Assembly (NCBI GenBank): GCA_963834075.1
Contig: CAWIAH010000011.1
Span: 476,989-540,988 of the forward strand
Direction: 5' to 3'
Length of the DNA: 64,000 bases
Source of the DNA: an uncultured Acidobacteriaceae bacterium
GTDB lineage: Bacteria > Acidobacteriota > Terriglobia > Terriglobales > Acidobacteriaceae
The position numbers and the translations under genes are program-made. The notes beneath the pieces were generated by a model that saw only the letters and a program-made list of their open reading frames with translations, was not told where the DNA came from and did no database searches. Of the stretch, positions 54,668-63,619 are shown one piece after another. How positions within the stretch are numbered: position 1 is the stretch's first letter; every line of letters begins with the position of its first letter.

Positions 54668-55249
54668 TTATGATTTTCTCCCCTTGGTTGCAGTGTTCAC
54701 TTGCTTGCCGCCATCACCCTTTTTTCCGCCATCCGGTTTCTTCCCGTCCTGCAAGGACCGCAAGACTCTTGCCGGATTTCCCGCCACAATGCTGTCCGCC
54801 GGCACATCTTTGGTGACCACGCTGCCCGCGCCCACCAGCGCATTCTCGCCGATCGTGAGATTGGCAAAGAATGGTCGCTCCGCTGACCAATGGATGCTCC
54901 CTTTTTCACCCGGGTCGTCTCCACCTTCCAGTCGGCTTCGGTCTGCAACTGCCCGTCGCCGGTGGTGGCCCGCGGATAGGAGTCGTTGATGAAAGTCACG
55001 CCATGGCCGACGAAGACGTTGTCTTCGATCTCACGCCTTCGCAGACAAAAGTATGGCTGGAGATCTTGCAATTCTTGCCCGACGCTGGCGTTCTTCTGAA
55101 TCTCGACGAAGGCGCCGATCTTTGTGTTCGTCGCCGATCGCGCATCCATAGAGATTGATGAATTTCGAAAGCTTCACGCCTTCGCCCAGTTTCACGTCCG
55201 GGGCGATGGAGAGGAATTGGTCCGGGGCCTGGCCCTGCTTTGCGCTCAT
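54668..55249 (-). pseudogene. Hexapeptide-repeat N-acetyltransferase (WbpD-like), readable only across about 5 frame breaks
   Basis: The conserved segments lie in alternating frames: MSAKQGQAPDQFLSIAPDVKLGEGVKLSKFINLYGCAIGDE | TKIGAFVEIQKNASVG | KNCKISSHTFVCEGV | [22 protein letters not shown]...KGASIG | SGATILC | [34 protein letters not shown]. Confidence 0.8.
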
Positions 55250-55287
55250 GGATTGTCCTGAAGAATTTCCGATGGAATTTGTTGTGA

Positions 55288-56295
55288 CTAGAGCTTTACC
55301 AGCTTGCCGCGATCTTTCAACGACTCTTCCGCCGCCTCGAGCATCCGCACCACCCGCAAGCCGGCCACGCCGTCGTTCAATGGGAGCGCGGTTGGCGGCG
55401 ATGCAGTCCACGAAGTGGCTGGTCTCCTGCCGCAGCGCCTCGGTCTGTTCGATCTGCGGCGCCCACATGTCGCCCGAGCGGTAGCTGACCAGCAGGTCGT
55501 AGACGCCCTTGCGCTGTTCTTCATCGACACGCCCTTGTCATAGACTTTGATCTTCTCGTCGGCTTCCAGATCGTTCCACACCAGCATTTTCTTCTCGCCG
55601 CCGATCAGCGTGGTCCGCACCTTCACCGGCGAAAGCCAGTTGACATTGATGTGCGCCATGACGTTGTCGGGGAAATAAATGGTGATGAAGGCGATATCCA
55701 CATGGCCGTTCAGGTGCTTTTGGCCGGTGGCGACGATGGCATCCGGCTCTTTCGTGAATCAGGTAGTCCATGATGGAAAGATCGTGCGGCGCCAGATCCC
55801 AGATGACGTTGATATCGTGCTGGAACAATCCCAGGTTGACGCGCGTGGAGTCGTAGTAATAAGAGATTGCCCAGCACGCCCTCTTCCACCAGTTGCCGGA
55901 TCTTGCTGCACCGCGCCGGTGAACAGGAAGGTGTGGTCCACCATGATCTGCAGCTTTTTCTTGGCGGCCAGTTCAATCAGCTCTTCCGCCTGCGCCACGT
56001 TGGCGGTGAAGGGCTTCTCCACAAAAATATGTTTGCCGTTGTTGAGCGCGGTCTTGGCCAGCTCATAGTGCGTCCAGACCGGAGTCACCACCGCAATGAC
56101 GTCAATCTCGGGCGAGGTGAGCAGTTCATCGCAGTCCTTGGTAACCTTCGCCTGCGGGAATGCCTGCCTGGCCCGGTTCAGGCAATCGGTCCGCTTGTCG
56201 GTGATTGCGACCACCTCTGAGATGCCGGCATGATTAAAATTCCGGGCCACATTCGGCCCCCAATAGCCATACCCGATGATTCCAACTTTGATCAT
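55288..56295 (-). pseudogene. Gfo/Idh/MocA-family NAD-dependent sugar 3-dehydrogenase (WbpB-like), readable only across about 5 frame breaks
   Basis: The conserved segments lie in alternating frames: MIKVGIIGYGYWGPNVARNF...EKPFTANVAQAEELIELAAKKKLQIMVDHTFLFTGAVQ | KIRQLVEEGVLGNL | YYYDSTRVNLGLFQHDINVIWDLAPHDLSIMDYLI | EPDAIVATGQKHLNGHVDIAFITIYFPDNVMAHINVNWLSPVKVR...KVYDKGV | DEEQRKGVYDLLVSYRSGDMWAPQIEQTEALRQETSHFVDCIAANRAP | LNDGVAGLRVVRMLEAAEESLKDRGKLVKL. Confidence 0.8.
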
Positions 56296-56446
56296 GGTAA
56301 ACGCAGCCTTTCCGGAAACCCGGGACCTGCCGGGAGTGATTCGGGGAATAAATTCTGGGGGAGGGCTACCGGGCGCACATCCACGGTGCAGCGGTTGTTA
56401 TCGCCGCACACCTAGCACGCCTTACACAGAACCAACCGGGAGGGAA

Positions 56447-57589
56447 TCAGTACGCTCCGTCACCCGACACCACAGCCGCCGGGGTACGGAGAAGAATCTT
56501 TACGTCCAGCCAAAGCGACTGCTTGCGGGCATACTGCAAGTCCAGCCGCACCATCTCGTCAAATTTCGTCCGGCTGCGTCCGTTGACCTGCCACAGGCCG
56601 GTAATTCCCGGACGCGCTTCGAGCAACCGCCGGCGATGCCACACATCGTAAGCTTCCACTTCATAGGGCAGTGGAGGCCGTGGACCTACCAGCGACATCT
56701 CGCCAATCAGCACATTGAAGAACTGCGGAAGCTCATCCAGACTGGTGCGGCGCAAGATCTTGCCCACCGCCGTAACCCGCGGATCATCGGTGATCTTGAA
56801 CACTCCATCGCGCCCCTTCTGGTCGGCTTTGCCGGCGATGAGCTTGCGCACATACTCTTTGTGAATGTCGGCGCTGTTGTTCACATACATGGAACGAAAC
56901 TTAAGAAAGGTGAAGCGCTGGCCATACTGACCAATGCGCGGTTGCCGGAACAGGACCGGGCCCTTCGACGACAACTTCACCGCCACTGCGATCAGCAGAA
57001 ACAACGGAGAAAACACCACGACGGCCACCGTGGCGCCAGCAATGTCCATCAGGCGCTTGAAACCACGAGCCACCCGCTTCCCTCCCTCTTCCTGATGCAG
57101 ATCAGGATAGAGCGCGGAATCCTGCGGATGAGTCGGCGTCTCTTCACCCCACTCCTCGGGAAAAAGATGGAACGAAATATTGATCTGGCTGAACTGTTCG
57201 AGCGTCAGGCTGTCGCGCAAAGCGCTGCTCACCCGCAGCAGCATGGTGCCGAGAATGGATTTCTTGAGGTCCACCGCGATCTCGGTGAACATCACACCCA
57301 CGACCGCATCATTCTTGTACCAGCCGGTGATATCGGTGTCGCGGGTGGATAGGGCCAGCGCCGAAAAAATATTTTGCAGAACCCGGCTATTTTTCCCGCC
57401 GGGTGAAAACCGTCCGGTATCGAGCAGCATGAGCAGAAAAGGCTTGCCTGATCGCTCGGCGCGTTTGCGCTCCAGACAGACCATGCGATGAAAATGCTCC
57501 TCCGGCAATACCTCAAGACTTTGCGTCCGCGGGCTTTGCTTTGCCGGAACCGCCGGTTCCACTTTGCTTTCAAGCTCTGAAACCTTCAC
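56447..57589 (-). CDS. Priming polyprenyl-phosphate sugar-phosphate transferase (Bac_transf family) with N-terminal degenerate GGDEF-like domain
   Basis: The C-terminal catalytic domain follows a single TM helix ([24 protein letters not shown]): [25 protein letters not shown]...[43 protein letters not shown]...[14 protein letters not shown]. The N-terminal ~120 aa align to a GGDEF fold. The preferred start is GTG 57589 with AGGAGGAAGGC upstream. The ORF is open to 57703. Confidence 0.8.
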   Translation of the reverse strand: MKVSELESKVEPAVPAKQSPRTQSLEVLPEEHFHRMVCLERKRAERSGKPFLLMLLDTGRFSPGGKNSRVLQNIFSALALSTRDTDITGWYKNDAVVGVMFTEIAVDLKKSILGTMLLRVSSALRDSLTLEQFSQINISFHLFPEEWGEETPTHPQDSALYPDLHQEEGGKRVARGFKRLMDIAGATVAVVVFSPLFLLIAVAVKLSSKGPVLFRQPRIGQYGQRFTFLKFRSMYVNNSADIHKEYVRKLIAGKADQKGRDGVFKITDDPRVTAVGKILRRTSLDELPQFFNVLIGEMSLVGPRPPLPYEVEAYDVWHRRRLLEARPGITGLWQVNGRSRTKFDEMVRLDLQYARKQSLWLDVKILLRTPAAVVSGDGAY

Positions 57590-57784
57590 GCCTTCCTCCT
57601 CTTTCCGCCTCTCATGCCAACGCGCACGAGAGGGTGCACCCCGACCACTCGTCGAAAAATTGTATGAGCAAGTTGCGATTGCGAGACGACAACCCGCAAT
57701 CACTTTTTAAAGGAGGGAGGGCTTGCTTTTTTGCGATGCCTCTACGTGGAGTCACCGCTGTGTTAACCATCTTGCAAAACTCGT

Positions 57785-58774
57785 TTATTCTACCGCAGCC
57801 GGACTGTAACGGGAATAATAATCCTCTTCATCATTACCCGTCGAGTTATTAACCACTAATCCTAACAAGCGGGAGCGTTCGATGGCCCCCAGGCCGCGTT
57901 GCAGCGCCTGCCGTTCGGTCCGCCCCGCCCGTACCACCAACAGGACCCCATCGGCAAATCTTGCCCAAACACTGGTATCGGCCAAGGGAAGTACCGGCGG
58001 CGAATCAATCACGATCCAGTCAAAGCGCAGCGCCAGCAAATCCAATAAGTCGGCTAGTTTGCCGGATTGCATTAGTTCGAGCGGGTTTTCCGGCGGATGG
58101 CCGGCCGGCATCAGCCAGAATCCCGGGCCATCCAAATGATAGATATTGCTGACCGTCCGGCTCTTGGACTGCAGCCATTCGCTCAAGCCCGCTGGCCGGC
58201 TACCGCCGAAAAGTCCGGCTTGGGTGGGGCGGCGCAGATCGCCTTCAAGCAGCAACACCTTCTGTTGTTTGCGCCTCGCCAGAGTCGACGCAAGATTGGC
58301 GGTCACCAGGCTTTTGCCTTCCCCGGAAAGGGTGCTGGTGACCAGCAGTTTCTTCAAGCAGCGCTCCTGCTGCAACCGCCGCAACCGTACCCCTAGAAAG
58401 CGGAACTTTTCCGCTCCCAGGCTTTCCTTTTCGGTGAGCGATACCAGGCGACTGGTCGCGGTAGGCGCAACCTGCACGTTGGGACAATCGGCCAACTGAA
58501 AATCGCCTTTGATCCCTTCGGTCCTGGGCTCAGTCCTGGGCTCGGCGGCTGCCGAATTGGAGAAGCTGGACGCAGCCGGTTTCGAATCAGTAATCGGGCG
58601 TTCGGCAGTTTGCTCGCCGCTGACTCTGGTCTCGCGAATCTTGGGTCCGGCAGCCAGCTCGGAGGTCTCCGCCTTTTGCGACTCGTCCAGAATGGCGACT
58701 GACGGCGGCTCGGGGAAGGTGAACTCCACCCGCTCCGACTCCGACCTTTGCAACGCTTCAAAGATGCGGCTCAT
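57785..58774 (-). CDS. Chain-length-determinant tyrosine autokinase-like ATPase (BY-kinase catalytic subunit, EpsG-like)
   Basis: MSRIFEALQRSE N-terminus. Walker A VTSTLSGEGKSLVTANLA. Walker A' VLLLEGDLRRP. Walker B FDWIVIDSPPVLP. C-terminal Tyr cluster EEDYYSRYS. Confidence 0.78.
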   Translation of the reverse strand: MSRIFEALQRSESERVEFTFPEPPSVAILDESQKAETSELAAGPKIRETRVSGEQTAERPITDSKPAASSFSNSAAAEPRTEPRTEGIKGDFQLADCPNVQVAPTATSRLVSLTEKESLGAEKFRFLGVRLRRLQQERCLKKLLVTSTLSGEGKSLVTANLASTLARRKQQKVLLLEGDLRRPTQAGLFGGSRPAGLSEWLQSKSRTVSNIYHLDGPGFWLMPAGHPPENPLELMQSGKLADLLDLLALRFDWIVIDSPPVLPLADTSVWARFADGVLLVVRAGRTERQALQRGLGAIERSRLLGLVVNNSTGNDEEDYYSRYSPAAVE

Positions 58775-59799
58775 TTGCGCCTGCCTTCGGGTTCGACCGC
58801 CAGCGCAGCCTCAGCATCGTTCGACTTGATATTCTGCAGATAATCATGCAACTGCAATAGGGTTTTCACCGCCTGCCAAACCTCCTCACTGCTCTCCGCC
58901 ACCGCCTGTCCGAACTGCCCGTCGGCTCGGCTCGGGCCGCCATTGCCATTGCTCGGGCTGCTGTTTCCCGGTCCGCGGCGAACCACGCCCAGACGGAAAT
59001 CCGCCGCCACTTCATCCACAATCTCCGGCTCGACCGAAGCCGTCTGCCGCGCAAATGCCGTGATCAGTGCATTCTCACAAACCGTATTGATCAGCCGCGG
59101 AATCCCCCGCGAGTGACGATACACCTTGGCAATGGTATTCGGCGGAAAAAGAGTTTCGACGTTCGTCGTAGCGCCTGCCAGTTGCAGGCGGCGCTGGATG
59201 TAGCCACGTGTCTCTTCGAGATTCAGGGGCTCCAGTTGCGAGCGCAAGGCGATGCGCTGCTTCAGTTGCCGCAACTCCATCGAATCCAGCTTTTCGTCGA
59301 GTTCGGGTTGGCCCACCAGCAGAATCTGCAGCAGTTTTTCCTGCGCCGTTTCGAGGTTGGTCAGCAGGCGAATCTCTTCGAGCACCGCCACCGGCAGATG
59401 ATGCGCCTCGTCCACTACCAGCACGGTGGTCAGTTTCTGCTGATGCCGCGAAATCAGGTAGCTGCTCAGCTCCAGCAGCAGATCGCTTTTGCTCTTGCCC
59501 GATGCCGGCAACCCGAAATCCCCGGCCACATATTGCAGAAATTCCAGCGGGGTCAGCAGGCTATTGAAGACGTAAGCGTAGGAGACGCTGCGCCGGTTGA
59601 GCAATTCGAGCAGGCAGCGCACCAGCAGCGTCTTGCCAGTACCCACTTCGCCGGTCATGACCACGAAACCTTTGTGCCGCCGCACCCCATAGTAGAGCGC
59701 CGCCAGCGCCTCGTTGTGTCGCCGCGTGGGAAACAGGAATGAGGGATCGGGGGTGATCTCGAATGGGTTACGCTTCAGATGGTAAAAAGTTTTGTACAT
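58771..59799 (-). CDS. AAA ATPase of the ExeA-like / PEP-CTERM-locus secretion-ATPase type
   Basis: FYHLKRNPFEITPDPSFLFPTRRHNEALAAL..., Walker A MTGEVGTGKT and Walker B VLVVDEAH. ATGA overlap with the downstream kinase gene. Confidence 0.8.
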   Translation of the reverse strand: MYKTFYHLKRNPFEITPDPSFLFPTRRHNEALAALYYGVRRHKGFVVMTGEVGTGKTLLVRCLLELLNRRSVSYAYVFNSLLTPLEFLQYVAGDFGLPASGKSKSDLLLELSSYLISRHQQKLTTVLVVDEAHHLPVAVLEEIRLLTNLETAQEKLLQILLVGQPELDEKLDSMELRQLKQRIALRSQLEPLNLEETRGYIQRRLQLAGATTNVETLFPPNTIAKVYRHSRGIPRLINTVCENALITAFARQTASVEPEIVDEVAADFRLGVVRRGPGNSSPSNGNGGPSRADGQFGQAVAESSEEVWQAVKTLLQLHDYLQNIKSNDAEAALAVEPEGRRK

Positions 59800-59806
59800 A
59801 CATTTA

Positions 59807-61411
59807 TCAGCCGCGCAAAAAACTCAAGGCCACGCCCATCAGGACCACCATGCTCATGATTCCGCCAAGCGCCAACTCCAGGCGGAAACGGCGATGCCGC
59901 GAGCCTTCCTCTTCGGCGGTAACCAGCGGCGGAATCTCCGCCATAATCTCCGCCGAAACCAGCTTCTCGAACTCGGTCTCATCGTAAATCCGCGGATCCA
60001 GAAACTCCGCAATCATGGCCACCACAAAGCCTACCGCGAGTCCTGCCGCCAGACCGCCCAGGCTGTAGAGAAAACGCTTGGGAGCCGAAGGCCGGGTGGG
60101 CAGGCTGGCCGGATCCTGGGTGCGGAACTGCAAGCCTTCCTGGCTCTTGCCCAAATTTGCCGCCAGCTCCGCGGCGTGCTTCTGCGCCAATAGCTTCTCG
60201 TAATCTTTCTGCGACTGATCCTGATCGCGGGTCAAATCGGCCAGATCCTGCTCGCGTGCCGGGGCGCTATTGAGGCGAATTTGATATTGATTGATCTGGG
60301 CCGTCAGGCCATCGATGGCACGCTGACGGTTGGCGATATCGATGGCGTTGGCTTTTAATTGACTGCCCACCTCCATCGCCGCTGCTGCAGTCGGGTTGCT
60401 CAAGTCGACCGTAACCGGGGTATCGTGCCCCGCAGCCTGGCTGGCTTGCGCTCGCAGCTCCGCTACCCGTTGCGCCCGCCGGCTCTCGGTTTCGGCGATC
60501 TGTTCCCTTTTCTTTTTCACGTCAGGATGCTGATCGGTGTACTTGGAGAGCAGATCGGAGAGGTCATCTTTTTCTTTGGCTAACTCTGCGTCGATGGCGG
60601 ACAGTCCCGACGGGGTCGGATCTCCGGGGTTCTTCGCGGAGCCGGGAGCAAGCGATTTGTACTGGGTCTGCAAAGACTCCAGCAACGCTTTGTGCTGCTC
60701 CGCCTGCCCTAACTGATCCTGTTCGGCCTGTAACTGTCCTTGCAAGCCTTGCAGGATCTGAAGATTGCTTTGCATCTGCGTAGGCAGCTCTCCCATGTGC
60801 CGGTCTTTGAAGTCGCGGACCTTGGCGTCCTGAGCGTCCATTTTGGCGCGCGCGTCTTCGAGTTGCGCGTCCAGAAACTTCACCGTATTGGTGTCACTCT
60901 GCGCCTTCATCTCCAGACTTTGACTGGTAAGCATTTCCCCCAGTTCGGCCGTGACTTCCTGCGCCGCCTGCGGCGTATCGGCCTCGAAAGAAATGTCAAA
61001 GGAACTGACATCACTCCTGCCCGGCGAGCGCACCGGATCAATCAGCAGATCTTTATTCATTTTGGCCACCAGCGCATCGTCGCCCATGTGCTTGCCGGGA
61101 TAAGGATTGAAGCGCTGGGCAAGACTGAGCATTACGCTGCGGCTACGGAGCTGTGTCGTGATCCCTTCCAGCCGGTCCTGTAAATCGTTGGCCGGATTGG
61201 CCCCCGAAATACTTTCCGAAACCGCGGGCTGCAATACCAGGATCAGCGTGCTGGAGCGATAGACCGAGGGCATCATCCAGCTGGCAGTCCAGATCAAACC
61301 CCATACCACAAACAGTGGCACCACCACATACCAGCGGCGCCGCACCATGAGGTCGCGGTATTTCTTCAGATCGAGTGGCGTCTGTGCCGGTTCGTTATAT
61401 TCGTCTGCCAT
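59807..61411 (-). CDS. wzz: Polysaccharide chain-length determinant (Wzz/GumC-like, PCP family)
   Basis: N-terminal Wzz block YRDLMVRRRWYVVVPLFVVWGLIWTASWMMPSVYRSSTLILV. Long coiled-coil periplasmic region. C-terminal TM helix (LGGLAAGLAVGFVVAMIAEF). Confidence 0.82.
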   Translation of the reverse strand: MADEYNEPAQTPLDLKKYRDLMVRRRWYVVVPLFVVWGLIWTASWMMPSVYRSSTLILVLQPAVSESISGANPANDLQDRLEGITTQLRSRSVMLSLAQRFNPYPGKHMGDDALVAKMNKDLLIDPVRSPGRSDVSSFDISFEADTPQAAQEVTAELGEMLTSQSLEMKAQSDTNTVKFLDAQLEDARAKMDAQDAKVRDFKDRHMGELPTQMQSNLQILQGLQGQLQAEQDQLGQAEQHKALLESLQTQYKSLAPGSAKNPGDPTPSGLSAIDAELAKEKDDLSDLLSKYTDQHPDVKKKREQIAETESRRAQRVAELRAQASQAAGHDTPVTVDLSNPTAAAAMEVGSQLKANAIDIANRQRAIDGLTAQINQYQIRLNSAPAREQDLADLTRDQDQSQKDYEKLLAQKHAAELAANLGKSQEGLQFRTQDPASLPTRPSAPKRFLYSLGGLAAGLAVGFVVAMIAEFLDPRIYDETEFEKLVSAEIMAEIPPLVTAEEEGSRHRRFRLELALGGIMSMVVLMGVALSFLRG

Positions 61412-61417
61412 TGCGCT

Positions 61418-62917
61418 CTAGCGTCCTAGCGGCCGGCTGAATTGATAAGCGATGGTAACCCAGCCGCGGTTGTGATTCACATTAAGAGTGGTTACGGTCG
61501 GTCCATTCTCCTGCTGGTAGTCACGTGCGTACCCCAGCGTGGTGGTAAAGCTGTGCCCCATTTTCTGCTCCCAGAGCAGGCTGCCCGAGACCGTCTTAAG
61601 ATTGCTGAAAAAAGTCGTGGCCCCGGCGTCAAGGGCGCGGCTGCCGGCGTAGAGAACGCCAAATTCGAGATTGCCGCTGCGAGTCATCTGCCGGCGTACT
61701 GCACCATCCCCCGTGGTCACATCCACCGCCGTCAGCAGGCCGCCGCCGTCGCTTACCTTGCGGACGCCGCTGGCCCGCACGCTGGTGCGTTTTCCCTGCC
61801 AGCTGAAGCTTGCTCCCCCCGCCACCGACCAGCGGTTCTGCGCGGTATTGACCGACGTCACGGTCACCAATGGCAACACGATATTGGTGGACACCACCGT
61901 ATTGCTGAGTTGGGTGTACTCCGGGCCGGCGAAGAAGGCGAGCACGGTATTCGATTGCAGATACAAGGTATGGAACAACAAAATGCTCTGGGTATCGACA
62001 CTCTCGACCGCCGGACTGAAGCTGAGATGGTTGAACGTGTAGGCGATGCCGCTCCAGTTGCGCGGCGTAAACCGGTGGGTGTAGAAGCCATCCCCCTCCT
62101 GGCTCTTGCTGTTCACCAGCCCGGCGGCTCCCGTGGGCGTAGCCCCAAACCATGAGAAGTCTGCGTTGCCGCTGGCTCCCACCATGTCGCTCGCACTGTA
62201 TTGATATGTCAGCTCCACCGTGCCATTGTCGTCAGTGTGACGCGCCAGCGGAGTGATTACGCCCAGGTTCGGCTGCTGTACGATGCCGCTGCCGAGGCCG
62301 CTGATATCCCCTTGCAGCTGATTGAAGAATCCCGTGGTCAGTACGAAACGGTCGTAGATGCGCAGCTTCACGTGCGGGCTCAAACGGTAGCGCAGGTCAA
62401 ACTTTGCGTTCTGCATGTTCTGGTTGTAGGCAGAAAAACGTTGATTGAAGGTATAGCCGCCGTCGTAGTCCAGGTCCAGAAACAATCGCGGGCGGGAAAT
62501 GTCCACTCCGATATTAGGGAATACCGAATACGACAGGCCACCGACGCGCGGCGACTCCTGTGACAGCAGGTTATCGTCGTAGGTGGCTTCGCCGCCGATG
62601 CCGCCGAACCAGGTATTCCTGCGCTGCTCCTCATCGCTGAACTGCAGCGAACTGGCGTCGATGTTCAAAGGCAAAGGCACCGGCGCCATGGTGGAGTGCG
62701 CCGCAGTCACCGGCTCTTGCGAAGCATCGGCCGGCGGAACGTTATCTTGCCCCGCTTCGCCAGTTGGGGCCTGCCCCGGAGTCTGAGCGCCACTTTCGCT
62801 CTGCCCCGGTTCCTGCGTCTGCGAAGGCTGCGCCGGAGTGCTCTGCGCCCCCAGCCCAGTCACGCTTCCCACCAAAACCATCATCGCTAAACCACGGCTG
62901 ATCGAGCTCACCTTCAC
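61418..62917 (-). CDS. Putative outer-membrane beta-barrel protein of the PEP-CTERM-locus-associated type
   Basis: Signal peptide MKVSSISRGLAMMVLVGSVTGLGAQ. Pro/Gln/Glu-rich linker. Then alternating beta-strand pattern to the C-terminus (...GWVTIAYQFSRPLGR). The position between wza and wzz matches those loci. Confidence 0.6.
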   Translation of the reverse strand: MKVSSISRGLAMMVLVGSVTGLGAQSTPAQPSQTQEPGQSESGAQTPGQAPTGEAGQDNVPPADASQEPVTAAHSTMAPVPLPLNIDASSLQFSDEEQRRNTWFGGIGGEATYDDNLLSQESPRVGGLSYSVFPNIGVDISRPRLFLDLDYDGGYTFNQRFSAYNQNMQNAKFDLRYRLSPHVKLRIYDRFVLTTGFFNQLQGDISGLGSGIVQQPNLGVITPLARHTDDNGTVELTYQYSASDMVGASGNADFSWFGATPTGAAGLVNSKSQEGDGFYTHRFTPRNWSGIAYTFNHLSFSPAVESVDTQSILLFHTLYLQSNTVLAFFAGPEYTQLSNTVVSTNIVLPLVTVTSVNTAQNRWSVAGGASFSWQGKRTSVRASGVRKVSDGGGLLTAVDVTTGDGAVRRQMTRSGNLEFGVLYAGSRALDAGATTFFSNLKTVSGSLLWEQKMGHSFTTTLGYARDYQQENGPTVTTLNVNHNRGWVTIAYQFSRPLGR

Positions 62918-63543
62918 GGGACCACCACACTGTCCCGGGCCTGCAATTTAACATTCTGGTCTACGTTCTTCCCCTTGACTACATCCTTGTAATTGAACGG
63001 CAGGCGGGTCTCGCTTCCGTCCTCGTTACGGCGAAGCACATAGATGGATCGCTGCTTGGCAAAATCGCGAAAGCCGCCGGCCAAGGCAATGGCATCCAGC
63101 ACCGTGGTCGAATTGGTCAGCAGATACGAGCCCGGCTTCATCACCTCGCCCAGCACATTGAAGCGCTTGCTCATCATCTGCTGCACGATCACAGTGACTT
63201 GCGGGTCGGAGATATACGTATGCAGACGGGCAGTGATTTCTTTTTCCAGCTGGCGCGGCTTCTTGCCGGCCGCCTGTACTTCGCCCACCAGGGGCAGCGA
63301 AATTGCGCCATCGAGCCGCACCGTCACCGTCCGGGTAATGTCCTTTTCGTTCCAAACGTTGATTACCAGCACGTCATCGGCGCCAATTATGTAGTCGTCC
63401 TGGGCATCCTTGGTGGGTGCACCCGGCGCGGCGTCGCCGGATGGCGTGGTTGCCTGCGCGTGTCCCCAGGCCAGGCTGGTACATAGAAGCGCCGCCAGCG
63501 GCAGCACGAGCCAGCCGCCCCGAGCCCGGCCAGTGGTTTTCAT
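62914..63543 (-). CDS. wza: Polysaccharide export outer-membrane protein (Wza/EpsE-like: Poly_export plus SLBB)
   Basis: ATG 63543 gives MKTTGRARGGWLVLPLAALLCTSLAWG. Then YIIGADDVLVINVWNEKDITRTVTVRLDGAISLPLVGEVQAAGKKPRQLEKEI...VTVIV...FNVLGEVMKPGSY.....TVLDAIALAGG. 4-nt overlap with the next gene. Confidence 0.85.
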   Translation of the reverse strand: MKTTGRARGGWLVLPLAALLCTSLAWGHAQATTPSGDAAPGAPTKDAQDDYIIGADDVLVINVWNEKDITRTVTVRLDGAISLPLVGEVQAAGKKPRQLEKEITARLHTYISDPQVTVIVQQMMSKRFNVLGEVMKPGSYLLTNSTTVLDAIALAGGFRDFAKQRSIYVLRRNEDGSETRLPFNYKDVVKGKNVDQNVKLQARDSVVVP

Positions 63544-63572
63544 CGGGTTGCTCCGAACCGCGCTTCCCCGAA

Positions 63573-63588
63573 GGCATTTCTCTTGCCG
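63573..63588 (-). promoter_or_regulatory. Candidate sigma-54 (-24/-12) promoter upstream of wza
   Basis: The minus-strand sequence is cGGCAAgagaaaTGCc. GG and GC have the canonical 10-nt spacing (consensus TGGCAC-N5-TTGC). It lies about 30 nt upstream of the wza ATG and directly downstream of a Fis-type enhancer-binding-protein gene. The match to the flanking consensus bases is imperfect. Confidence 0.3.
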
Positions 63589-63619
63589 CAAACTAGCCCG
63601 GCTGGCGCCGGGCGGATGG

